DNA of 64,000 nt from Amphiscolops sp. MND2022 (GCA_964187785.1 OZ076409.1:67644001-67708000); one strand, 5' to 3'. Positions 1 through 11,673 are shown, counted from the first letter of the stretch. Numbers and translations are program-made. The notes: generated by a model from the sequence alone, not told the origin.

Positions 1-3000
1 TCTTTCTTTGACCTTCTAGACGCTCTGCCCCAATCACTCTTTTTCGCAACAGCTCCATCTTCCTTCCTCACAACTTTTGCTGATGAAAGAGCAGTAGACG
101 CACTTGCTTTTACAGACTTTGACGAAGCAATCTTTGACGATGCCTTCTTAGAACCGACAACAGAACTTGTAGCACTTCCGGCCTCAGTTGAACTTGAACA
201 CTGGCTCTCGCGAGAACGCCGATTCGCCTTGTTGCATTCCACACAGAAAGTGTCGTACTCCCTCCGTCGTCCCAACAAATACTTATTATACAAGGACCCA
301 TAATGCCCAACAAAAGACTCCATATCGCCAGAGCAAAAATCTTTCCACACATCAAAATCGGCAACTCTGAAGAAAATGCCTGACTCTGTAATAGCTTCCC
401 GGACTGCAACAAGTAACGATGCTGAAAAGAACAATCGAGGATTGAAACTTGGACTGACGATGTGAGACTGCACCATCAATACACAATCCTGAACCATCGC
501 CGGACTCAGCGCGCTACCACCCGAATCAATAGTAACCGCAGGAAGGCTACTCTTCGGCACTCCAACCACCAGACAACATATTTTAAACAGCCGAAATACA
601 TGAGTCCGAGACTGGAAGGCAAAATCCCGCAACAGAAATTGGACCACGTCAGGAATCTCACTCGCAGCACACGTCGCATCCTCGTAATGCCTGCGTTTCT
701 CTATCACATAACTTTTGAACTCAGCAGCAGCAGCATTCAAACCGTCCGAAGACATCACGCGGCAGGATCTGATCTGAATAAATCACAAGGAGAGCCAAAC
801 AACTCAAAAATATGGTGATCGTCGCCTCCCAACATAATCTCCGGACAGAAAGCATAAAGTCCTCGCGAAACGCCAGAAGTCACAGCTGTACTAGTCAGAA
901 TCAAAGACACAAGCCGATCGATACACTCACGGCATTTAACTCGGAATTCCCGCATCTCACTCGTCTTGACAGTAACCAATTCGCGACCAAAATCACTGTC
1001 CATCAAGAACTCCTCCATGGAAATCTCGTTGAAATAGGAAAGTTTTGAAACATCCATATAACTTTCCCTTTCATGGATACCAGGCAAATCAGACAGCTTA
1101 CGGGTTCGCATTAGCAGACAGTAGACGAAATTGCAGACCTCACCGAAACCATGAAACGCGTAATCTCTCCGGCATTGTCGCAATTTCTCAAAATTGAAGT
1201 AATCTAAACACAAGAACTATTGAAAAGAAGTGGAAACCTTGATCAAAATGACACAGCCAATAGAAACCAGATCTAACAGCACACCCACAATGACAAGAAA
1301 CATTAGTCAAAACACTAACACAATCAGAAACAGTCGAAAGCGAACAATTCTAACGAAAGACCACCGTACTTACAGGAGTCTAAGAGCAGTCGAAGGAAAC
1401 CGAAACGATAGATGATGAGACTATCGGAAATTAACTCGAAGTCTGTACCGCGCAACTAAAAAGGATAAATTATACCATAATTCCAAGATCATACATAGCA
1501 CAGGAAAGCACAGGAGAGTACAAAGGAACGACACAAGATTGAAATAAACTAATAATACGACAATACTAACCCTATCAGCAACACTTTTAAAATGAGGATG
1601 TCCTGTGTAGCGAATGTAAGGACGTATGGAAGGCCACAGTTCAATCAAATCGCCCAGGATCTCTCGAAGATTGCAGAATGCAACGGAACCTTCCCGTATA
1701 CACGCTCGAAGAAGAGGCTTGTCTTCTGTCCAATCCTCGTAGAGAGCCCCTCTCAATCGATGGATCACATACTCCAATACAGTCGTCCCCTCAATCATTC
1801 CAAAAATGCCCTGATGAGACTGACGGAAACACTGGAGTAACACCTCCTCATCAAACGACTGCCATGACAGAAACCGCCGATCATCCGTCCTGTTCGTGTC
1901 TAACACGCGAATGAGCGAAGGGCTAGCGCCGAGAACTGACACCGGTACTTGTTGTCCCTCCAGACAGTTCGCTACACGTGCCAACGGAAGCAACTCGGGT
2001 TCGGGCATTTTTTGATCTAAAGACTGATCTCCCACACAAATTTTCTTTAAATTCAGCCCATCCCAACAAAGAACATAGCAACGTTCTATGTTCCCAGACT
2101 TCTCAAACTGCATCCCGTACTCTTCAAAAGATTTGACGTCACTCACCATCAGAAGAAGAACTCGCGGAGCCAGCCCCCGACAAATGAATGACTAAAATAC
2201 AAACGAGACCCTATTTTCTCAATAACTACAAAAGACATACCCCCCTCCCTATTCCCTTTTGTTTTCTCTCACCCGAACACACGACAGAAACAAGCAATAG
2301 CAATAACAAAACCAACTCACCACGGTCTCCGAACGGCTCCATCGTAAAGGAAAGCAAGGTTCTTGGTCGCCCAATGTTGCGCGGAAGTGGCCCCACAAAC
2401 GACGAAGATAATCAAAATCACCACCATGCCGCAAGAATTCACAAAAGCAAGAAACCAAGGTCATGTAGGGCACGTTTGACTCCGCTTTTGAATGCTTAGG
2501 CAATAGATCTTCAGGGAACGGATACTCCCCGCTCAGATCACAAAATGGTCGCGCCTTATAATCTGCCAGTTGACTTGCTGACAACTCCATCGGCTCCATC
2601 AACCTGTTGAGCACCTGAAGACCCATATGGACACGATAAGTAACGTCCTTAAACCAGTGAGCATCAGAACGGAAATGTCTGCCAAACTCTCCAGAGCCCT
2701 GAGCTTTCATGGCCACATCACGCTTGCATACCCGACAGTGGAAGTGAGTTCCCTCACCGGTCGTGGAGCCTGTCACGAAATCAGGAAATGCAGGATGTCG
2801 ACTCAACATACGACGATGCAACGTGTTGCGATTCCCGTATGTCTTCACTGTCCGCTTGGCTAAACGTTTTTCTACTTTCCCACTGAACTCCTGCAACTCT
2901 ACAAAACAACATACAAAGCGGATAAAAAATATCCACACTACACTGTAAATGAACGAAAACCCCCACTCAAATAACCAAAGTAATACCCGAATTACAGGGA

Positions 3001-3998
3001 AAAACGCAAACGCTAACCGTTTTGAATAACCAACGTAGCACTTTCCTTCAATTCTTCCACGAGTTGCTGACCCAATCGCATCACGTCCTGGGGACTCGAC
3101 GTCACACCACCGACACCATATAACTGATCATCATCGTGACCTACACAACATCAACACCCAATGAAAACGAGTACCAAAAATAGGATGTTCCCAAAGAAAT
3201 CAAACCAATGCGCAACTGATACTCTCCTCAATTCAAAGAACGCAGAGGAAAACAATGACAATAATAGAACTATATTTGCCAACCAGTAGAAGCATGCATC
3301 AAAGGAGGAGGCGATGGCGGAGCAATAACAACCTTCTTCGCCCGTTTTGATGGCGTCACACAAATGTTGGAAGGCCCATGCGTCTCAGCATCCCTCACAT
3401 CTACAACAACAAGAACAATCTTTGTACACCCCGCCTACATATCACAAATATACCATCAACAACGAATCTACCAACGGGTTTTCCTATTGGCGGGGGGATC
3501 TGTCTCACCTTCTTGAGACTCACTATCACTACTCGCAGCAACAACACGTGTACTCGGACCAACAATGACAGGAGAAGAGTCCACTGGAAAGGAATCGTCG
3601 GGCACAGCGCTAGTCAATACAGTGGTTAACACTTCGTTAACTGCACTAGTGGGCTTAGTAAACAAGATAGTAGAAACTGACGGCAGAACAGTAGCCTCTG
3701 TCGAAAGAACTCCTGCAGTGGCTGCGGAAACGACTGCAGTTGAAGCGCCAGGTTGAGTTACTGAAAATCAAGATCTGGTTTGACGCGTCAGGTATTCGGG
3801 TAAGACTGAAAAGGCTGATCACCAAAATAACAGTCCATTTACCCATGAAAGTCAGGAAGATTTTTACCAACCTGAAGAAGTAACCACTGTCTCCACCTCC
3901 GAAAAGATCACGTCATCGTCAGTGTAACAGAAATTAGTTTTATTGCCACTGACAAATCCGGTGACGGGGCCTTGGGGCGGAGCAGTATCGTCATCCAT
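1..3998 (-). pseudogene. Spliced gene for a >1000-aa BED zinc-finger / hAT-transposase-like protein; one 5-bp frameshift; 3' end beyond window. Coding exons 3998-3872, 3760-3509, 3400-3284, 3140-3018, 2898-2321, 2191-1571, 1455-1374, 1203-<1
   Basis: Seven GT-AG introns of 108-170 bp join the exons in one frame: MDDDTAPPQG..., S/T/V-rich N-terminus, then CRVC-x17-HFRSDAH (BED-type C2H2), WSRSETVSFICRGLAPRVLLLMVSDVKSFEEYGMQFE, and a C-terminal EFKSYV...DVVQFL...VFRLFKICCLV segment like the hAT dimerisation region. Removing a duplicated GATCT at 766-775 opens the last exon to position 1. Confidence 0.8.
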
Positions 3999-4279
3999 AG
4001 AAAAGAAACGACAGCAAAGATGCCCACTGCAATCTAAAAAAGAAAAGAGGAAAATCACAAAGAAGAAGAATTACGTTACGTAAACGCAACTAATTGGAAG
4101 GAAATTAACAACATCATTCCTACACAAGTGAAAATCACCCAATCTTCAACTCCAATAAAAGCCTATTATGGTATAGACGGAACAAAACGTTTCCAAAGAC
4201 CCTACAGTGGATAAAAATCCACCAGGAAATGCCAAGAAGAATTTGGGAAATTATTAAAAGATCACGGAATACAGGCGTA

Positions 4280-4440
4280 ATTCTGTGACGTCATTACGTC
4301 ATTAACCGAAAAGAGAACGGAAACTAAAATTAAAAGTTTTCCTCAAGTATTTCGACCAATCACAACACAGTAAGAAAGAACTCGTTTCTTTCAACTCGAG
4401 ACGAACCGGAACGAAAACGGAAAATCGTCCAATAGGAATT
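4280..4440. promoter_or_regulatory. Putative divergent promoter (second copy at +980)
   Basis: Lies between head-to-head ORFs; TGACGTCA at 4286-4293, TTACGTCA at 4294-4301, CCAAT at 4356 and 4429. Confidence 0.45.
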
Positions 4441-4575
4441 CGATGGGAAAACGAAGGGAAGGAAATTGAAAGAATCATTTTGTCGTTCATTTGCTACAGA
4501 AGCCTGACCTACTTTCTTCAAAACGCTGTTTGAGAATCTCCCCTTCGAATCAAATAAAACTGAAATTCAAGTAAA

Positions 4576-5073
4576 ATGGCTGGATACACCCTCGTAATTG
4601 ACATCTCCTCAGATGAAGAGAATATGAATCACAGTACTCCAATAAAGACCCTCCCTGTAAATATGGTCGGAAGGCTTGGTCTCAGCGACTCGTCTACGGA
4701 AGCTTACTGTGGCAGCGAACCAGAACTAGCCTCAATCTCAGAGTCTCCCGTAAGGATGACGCCCACACCCAAGAAGAGGAAAAGACTGACGAAAGTGTCT
4801 TTTGCACTACCTCCTGCCGAAAACGTCGACTCAGACGACTATTATGAAGAGCCTGAGACACCTACTCTTCCTCCTCAAGTCAAAGGAAAGGGAAATTTCT
4901 CTCTGTTAGGAAATGAAAAAAAGCAGGAGACTGCCGTGACTCAGAAAGAAAAGGAGCCCTCAGTTGACGAATTGGAGGCTCTTTATGGATTGGACATTGA
5001 AGATCGCCAATATCTGAAAAAGAAAAGAGGAAAATCACAAAGAAGAAGAATTACGTTACGTAAACGCAACTAA
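4576..5073 (+). CDS. Truncated/chimeric copy of the 5556-6245 ORF produced by the tandem duplication
   Basis: Near-identical to 5556-6245 up to ...DIEDRQY, then reads across the duplication junction into LKKKRGKSQRRRITLRKRN*. Confidence 0.45.
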   Translation: MAGYTLVIDISSDEENMNHSTPIKTLPVNMVGRLGLSDSSTEAYCGSEPELASISESPVRMTPTPKKRKRLTKVSFALPPAENVDSDDYYEEPETPTLPPQVKGKGNFSLLGNEKKQETAVTQKEKEPSVDELEALYGLDIEDRQYLKKKRGKSQRRRITLRKRN

Positions 5074-5555
5074 TTGGAAGGAAATTAACAACATCATTCC
5101 TACACAAGTGAAAATCACCCAATCTTCAACTCCAATAAAAGCCTAATATGGTATAGACGGAACAAAACGTTTCCAAAGACACTACAGTGGATAAAAATCC
5201 ACCAGGAAATGCCAAGAAGAATTTGGGAAATTATTAAAAGATCACGGAATACAGGCGTAATTCTGTGACGTCATTACGTCATTAACCGAAAAGAGAACGG
5301 AAACTAAAATTAAAAGTTTTCCTCAAGTATTTCGACCGATCACAACACAGTAAGAAAGAACTCGTTTCTTTCAACTCGAGACGAACCGGAACGAAAACGG
5401 AAAATCGTCCAATAGGAATTCGATGGGAAAACGAAGGGAAGGAAATTGAAAGAATCATTTTGTCGTTCATTTGCTACCGAAGCCTGACCTACTTTCTTCA
5501 AAACGCTGTTTGAGAATCTCCCCTTCGAATCAAATAAAACTGAAATTCAAGTAAA

Positions 5556-6245
5556 ATGGCTGGATACACCCTCGTAATTGACATCTCCTCAGATGAAGAG
5601 AATATGAATCACAGTACTCCAATAAAGACCCTCCCTGTAAATATGGTCGGGAGGCTTGGTCTCAGCGACTCGTCTACGGAAGCTTACTGTGGCAGCGAAC
5701 CAGAACTAGCCTCAATCACAGAGTCTCCCGTAAGGATGACGCCCACACCCAAGAAGAGGAAAAGACTGACGAAAGTGTCTTTTGCACTACCTCCTGCCGA
5801 AAACGTCGACTCAGACGACTATTATGAAGAGCCTGAGACACCTACTCTTCCTCCTCAAGTCAAAGGAAAGGGAAATTTCTCTCTGTTAGGAAATGAAAGA
5901 AATCAGGAGACTGCCGTGACTCAGACAGAAAAGGAGCCCTCAGTTGACGAATTGGAGGCTCTTTATGGATTGGACATTGAAGATCGCCAATATTTCAAAT
6001 CTGTCGGTCGTGGGGAAAACAATGCTAAGAAGTCAAGGCAGCCTCCTGTCAAGCCTTGCAGAAAAGTAAACGCCCCCCGCACGCAAATAGCAAAATCAAG
6101 CCTAAACGATCTGAATGAACCCATCAAGCCGCCTGAAGTCACTCAAGAGGAACGGGAATACTTCGAAAATATGGAACGAGAACTTGAAGAGGAGGAGAAG
6201 AGGATCGCACGTATGACAGCAGGGAGAGGCCCCCACCGGATGTGA
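5556..6245 (+). CDS. 229-aa acidic/proline-rich protein of unknown function with NLS-like PKKRKR and a charged helical C-terminus
   Basis: Uninterrupted ATG-to-stop ORF with AAAATGG start context, ending about 90 bp before the putative LTR. Confidence 0.55.
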   Translation: MAGYTLVIDISSDEENMNHSTPIKTLPVNMVGRLGLSDSSTEAYCGSEPELASITESPVRMTPTPKKRKRLTKVSFALPPAENVDSDDYYEEPETPTLPPQVKGKGNFSLLGNERNQETAVTQTEKEPSVDELEALYGLDIEDRQYFKSVGRGENNAKKSRQPPVKPCRKVNAPRTQIAKSSLNDLNEPIKPPEVTQEEREYFENMERELEEEEKRIARMTAGRGPHRM

Positions 6246-6333
6246 AACTACATAAGCCAACCCTCAGTGCTAGTCACAAAAGAAATTCCCCATTGCCACG
6301 GCCTACCAACGTATTTAGCTAGGAGAGGGGCCC

Positions 6334-6987
6334 TGTCACGACCCGCTCCCGTTCGTGGGTGTGAATGGTGTTTTGCACTTGGACGTGGAAGAGGTCGCGG
6401 CTACTGCAAGTATCATTAAACTAAACTACTTAAAACTAATGTAATTCTACTCACAGTACAGCTAAAATCACTTGTAGATAATCTCCCAAAACAAAGTCTA
6501 ACGTAAGCGTTACGGAATATTTTCAGAAATGATTTTTAGCTAAAACTTCCGGTTAAATATTTTTTCAGGCATAGTGAGATTCTCATTTCCGGTACAATCT
6601 TCTGAATCTCGACATGCTAATCTAAATACTAAAAAAAACATTTCTAATTGGGATCTTTTTCCTTTGTTCCACACTGAAACGAAATACAAATAGCATTTAA
6701 TTCCGCGATCCCAACGGAATTCATACAATCTAAAATGAAAAGAACACACAAATAATAGAGTGGAATTGTTTTTCAGTGATGAAGTAGTTGTCAATATTCA
6801 CTTAAAGCACAGTCAAGTGACTTAAGCAAGTATCCACAACGTTATGGTAACGTCACTCTATCAATAGAAACTATCCTAGCTAGCGCGAGTAGAATTAAAC
6901 TCGGTTGTCCCTAGCAACGCCAATCAGAATAAGAGAAAGAGAATGAAGTCACCTACGCACTCCGCTTTCTCTCCGTTTGGTCTGACA
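6334..6987 (+). mobile_element. Putative 3' LTR with upstream polypurine tract
   Basis: AGGAGAGGGG at 6321-6330, TGTCACG start at 6334, TCTGACA end at 6987 (TGTCA/TGACA inverted termini). No partner LTR in the window. Confidence 0.6.
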
Positions 6988-6997
6988 GCTAAGCTAT

Positions 6998-7102
6998 AAG
7001 CAATCTTAAGACGTACGGAGCAGCTACGGAGCTAATTGTAAAATTGTATTCCGGCGTTCTACCATAAGCAATCTTAATACGTACGGAGCATTTACGGAGC
7101 AA
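6998..7102. repeat. Short direct repeat, two copies of ataagcaatcttaa(g/t)acgtacggagca
   Basis: Copies visible near 6998 and 7064. Confidence 0.7.
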
Positions 7103-8127
7103 CTTAAGAAATTGTAACTAAGAAATATTGCAATGAATGAATTCCTTGAAAGATCTTTTCTGAATCGATGCACCTTAAGAAATCTTAAGATTAAGTTTAC
7201 ATAAAGAATAGTTGTACTGTGGGATAGGATTATAAAGTGAACGTAATACTCGCGTTGATTTGAAGTTTGTATAAAATTTGATACGATGCAGTAATAATCA
7301 TTCTAGTAATCTCTCATATTTCTTTTCTACTCTTGCCCAATCCTCCCCCGGGTGCTATGATGTTGTTTTTTTATACGTCTTCTTAGACCTTTGAGTCTGA
7401 ATACTTTGTGTGTTAACTGCTAAACAAGTTTTGGCAAACGGACCATTTCCGTGGCATTTAGTTGATGCTAAAGACCAAATGTTTTGTTTTGTGTTTCAAT
7501 GCATGTAAAGTTCGTAGGAATTTGCCATTTTATAGGCAATTCGTTTCCGAAAGGCTTCTCAGCATTGCTTTGTTCTTCATTTTGATCTCCCAAGTGTTTC
7601 TGACTCTAAAATATTTACATCTGTCATAATTCTGTCGCTATTTTTTGAGTGTCATTCTTTTACTCCGAATTTCAACTCTCAAGTTAGGAAGCTGACTAAT
7701 TGATCATGCCGGCGTGCCTGCGTCGATGAAAATGAAAGCTAGACATTTGTTTTGCCGCAATTTTGAAGTTTAAACAGGAAATGGAAATGCTTGAACAAAA
7801 ATGTTTTCAACAAAGATTAACGGAACGATGACGTGTCTAGGAATTGTAAAACCTAGTCTTAAGACGCCGGGCTGAAATAATTTGAATCATTGACGGCTTT
7901 TGATGAACAAAACCGATTTTTGTGATACCTAGGAATTTTTAGGTGAGGAACAAATGATGCTGGGAAGGTATAAATATGTAAAATATACATGTAAAGGAGT
8001 TAGTTTTTGACCTGTTTTGTAACAATCAGTTCTGTTCCGTTATCATAACGTGTTCAAAGAAAATCTAAATCTTTGAAGAATTCAACTTTTCCAAAGATAC
8101 TCTCTCTCTCTCTCTCTCTTGATAAAA

Positions 8128-8506
8128 ATGACTACTAGAAGCCAGAAGAGGAAAGCTGTAGCTGAGTTAGTATCAGAAGATTTTGAAGCTTCTTTGGCTG
8201 AGAACAATTCTACTGAAAACCTGATAGCTAGTTCCAGTAAAAATCCTAGACTTGAGCTTGAAAACTTGGAGGAGATAAAGACAACTCTGAGAAAAGAAAT
8301 CATGTCTGATCTAACGAAAATACTCGCTGAAAATCAAAAGGAGATGCTCAAACTCATAGCACCTGTGAGCAAAAAACGCCCAATTAGCTCAAACACCCAA
8401 GATTCTGATTCGGATCAAGAAAGCATCTCCGTAGCAAGAACGTCCACCTCAGTTAAAACACAAACTGCGACTAGTTCTGAAACAACTCCGGTAAATAGTC
8501 GTAACA
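8128..8506 (+). mobile_element. Gag-like N-terminal ORF fragment ending at an LTR-like ...GTAACA end (probable solo LTR, 5' boundary unclear)
   Basis: MTTRSQKRK start, coiled-coil LEEIKTTLRKEIMSDLTKILAENQKEMLKLI, S/T-rich linker; coding-like character ends at cgtaaca (8506); TATA-like ggtataaata at ~7967. Confidence 0.5.
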
Positions 8507-10270
8507 ATTGTATGCTCGTTTACCTTCATGCGAATCCGAGAGACTGTTTAGTCTCATGAATGCAAAGTAAATAAACACAGCAAATATAACTGAAGGAAAA
8601 TTGCAAATTTCTTCTTCATTCGTTTGGCTTAATTCAACTATTTGACCACTTATATCGTATTTTTTTGTCAAAGAGAAATTTATTCATTAGAGGACTTAAG
8701 TCACCTAAAAATCCGGTGCCTGGTGATAGCTCTTTTTGTTGTCTCTACTAAATTGGCAACTTCGAAAACAAAGAGCGAGAGCGAGCAAAGGTACAAGGGC
8801 AGCCGCCAGCACAGACGCCAGAGACTGCAAAACTTCAGGAAATAGACTCTTTTGCAGGTCCTAACACCCAGTTTTTCTTGATTTCAGCAGTATTTTTCAG
8901 CAGTACCTTAGGTAGCGAAAACTGTGAATGTGGGTCTTTTTGTCTAACTTACTAACATGTGCCTGTTGTGCCCCAGCTTACGAACTGAATGTGAATAATG
9001 CAAATTTTTTGTTGTGGACGACATTGGTGCCGATTGTTGTGATCTTAGTCTACTTCAGCAACTTTAGATCTTATTCCGCAATTCCAGATGTTATTCCCCA
9101 GAACACCCTCAACCTCAAAACATTTACATAACTTACTCCTGGAACGTTTTTTAAAGGCTGTCTAAACAATAGTTTCGAAGACAAAGTGTAATTCACGTTA
9201 CTAAGAGCAATTAAAGACTAGATCAGGCTGCCGAGCACTCCTTAAGAGACGGAATCCCCCTGCGACGGGACAACTTTTACCCCAGGAGGCAAAATGGGCC
9301 TATTGCTATTAAGGACCCTCCTTCTTCATTGACGGAGGAGCAACGTTGACAGCTTGCCGTTACATGGAGACAACCCTTTTCTGGCGACCACAGACGGATA
9401 GGATCGTCTTGGAGTGTTTCCATTAATAGTTTTAAAAGAGCCGGGCCTCTGGTGATTGACGTTAAAAACGACCTGTCTGTGGTTAGAGATGTTTACGCAG
9501 AGTTTTCTCTTCGTTTTTTAAACGTTTGATATTATTTACAGGTATTCTGTGGCAGTCGTTCTGTCCGTTATTCAGGGGACTTTTCTTTATACCGATGGTA
9601 TTTGTTAGTAAAAGGTGTTTGTTCCATTTGAAAATTTCGTGACCTCTTCCAATTGTTTCAAAGTTGTTTCTCATAATATGGTTCCTTAGTGTGGATTTCA
9701 CAACAAACCTGTGTCGAGCTTCTATAACTTTCAAATCTAACGTCCGGAAAAGATTTCGGTCAGATATTGAAAGGCTTACATTGCTTGACATGATTCACGA
9801 TTTATTTCATTTGTCTTATAGGAGTAAACTAGGGTTCGAATTTAGTTTTCAAACCTTTGTGTTGCGAAGAACGTATAAAACGAATAAACGGAAAAATGCA
9901 GTTTGTCGAAATTAACATGTTCCAAAACAAGCCATTTGGGTTTAAAAGGATGAGTTGAGGAAATATGCGATAGCTATTTTCAGATCATTAGAGGCATTTT
10001 AGGTGGCATTGCATTTTTGTTTTCCAACAATTGAATTTCGCTAGTGTAGCAGTTTTTTCCAAATCTCTCTGAAAGCAGCATTGGAAAAAATCACAGTCCT
10101 ACTACTCGTCTTGTTGAAATTTATTGCCAGGAACAAGGTCATAAGCAAACAACAGTTGTACAGCAGTCATCTGCCAATATGGAACGTAAAACCCTCAGGC
10201 ATGACAATGATGGTAAGAATTATGATGCGATGATCGACATGGCACAGACCGATCATTATGCACGCTGAAG

Positions 10271-10273
<3 letters not shown>

Positions 10274-10353
<80 letters not shown>
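10274..10353. repeat. (GA)n microsatellite
   Basis: About 40 GA units with one interruption. Confidence 0.98.
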
Positions 10354-10356
<3 letters not shown>

Positions 10357-11600
10357 GATAACACTAAACGTCGGTGGGAAAACTGCAGAGACAGACTTTA
10401 TTGGCAATAGCAATTAACATTTTTACAACTTGAAGCCTTCATTTAGTGAAATTTTGTCACGATGAACGTTCGGCTTGGGTCTCAAAGGGCGCGAATTACT
10501 TCAAATATGCTCAAAAAAAGGAAATTGATTTTGACCTATTCTGATGTTCTCATCTCGACAGACAAGTTTGCGAAACGAAGTCTTTTTGCTATTTAAAAAG
10601 TTTTCATTGACTGTAAACTGTAAAACGAAAAACATCTCAAAAAAACTTTTTAAATGTTGTTACGAAAAAATTCTTGAACAGCAAAAAACCACATAATGCT
10701 CTGTTTTTCAAAACAGACCAGAAAACAAAAGGGGTCTCTTTCAAGTAATTTTGTTTTCTTTCGCTCTTAAGATTGGAGAGCTTTCGCTACAGTGTTTCTT
10801 TCACTTCGATGGGGTTGAAACCAATCGACAGAAAGACACTCCTTTTCAAAATGCGCTGAATCCAAACGGCTTAAGAGACACAGGAGACCTGAAAGCAGAA
10901 AAGCCCACTTTTACGTCCTTTTCCCAGCTTGTAAGCCAACCAGGTTTTACCAGGATCAAGGAAGTAGTGTCGAAAACCAACGCCAAACAGTACGGAGGTT
11001 TTCTCTTTGACCGAGTAAATATTGCTCTCCGAGTTGTGAATTGTTTTCAATTCGTTAATTGTCACTAGTTTCAACAGCAAGTGCATCCATGCTTCTCGGA
11101 AGGGTTGCGGCCCTAAGCAACGACTCGTTTAACTTTACAGTTTGACCAAACGCACCGATGCGAGAAAACCGATTCATCTTGGGTAATCTTTTTGATTGGC
11201 AGGGTAACACAATCGTTTGAGGCTGCCCTGACTAACGTCCGTGACGACTTTTGGGCAAAACGAAAATGACTTAAAAACTGTTTGCGAGCATGTGAAGTTG
11301 CCAGGAGACAAATAAAGACATTTCATCAATTCTGGTCCATTTTGAAATCCGTCAATGTTTGGGAGCTACATTTCGAGAAAGAAAAATTTCATCCTGTTTT
11401 TCGAAAAAGTTCAAAACTTCACAAACAAACAAAGGACTTCCAGATCTAACAAGAAAGAAATGAAATTTGGCTTTATTTACTGATAGTGCCCGCTTTCTAT
11501 TTGTGATCATGTTTTTAGGCATCGTTACGTTCGAAAATAATCTACATATATAACAAAACGCCGCTAAGCACCGGGATATTTTCCGCTATTAAAAATGTTA

Positions 11601-11673
11601 CGCTCCAGCCCGGGTTCGAACCCATGACCTCGTGCCTGGTAGGCACACGCACTACCAACTGTGCTACGGTAAC
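11601..11673 (-). pseudogene. tRNA-derived sequence (pseudo-tRNA or SINE head) inside the Helentron-like element
   Basis: A-box TAGCACAGTTGG, B-box GGTTCGAACCC, anticodon-like arm tgtgc-CTACCAG-gcacg; the acceptor stem does not pair. Confidence 0.65.

Larger units (their letters stand above)
4034..5993. repeat. 980-bp tandem duplication (4034-5013 / 5014-5993)
   Basis: Direct sequence identity at offset 980 with about 10 substitutions; the ORFs at 4576 and 5556 have near-identical N-termini. Confidence 0.95.

Noticed and set aside
188..2948. Plus-strand ORFs overlapping the BED gene (e.g. 462-818, 1592-1914, 2188-2499)
   Set aside because: Antisense shadows of the spliced minus-strand coding exons, with no recognisable motifs.
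1..4100. Ordinary autonomous hAT DNA transposon
   Set aside because: No TIR seen upstream of the gene, catalytic motifs not recognisable, and both homologs are followed by PPT plus LTR-like ends; not fully excluded because the left end is outside the window.
9483..9791. 102-aa minus-strand ORF, possibly a LINE 3' remnant
   Set aside because: No motif I can identify with confidence.
10167..10413. SL-repeat ORFs
   Set aside because: Translation of the (GA)n tract.
11601..11673. Functional tRNA-Gly(ACC)
   Set aside because: Acceptor stem does not pair and the sequence is embedded in a repeat; kept only as tRNA-derived.
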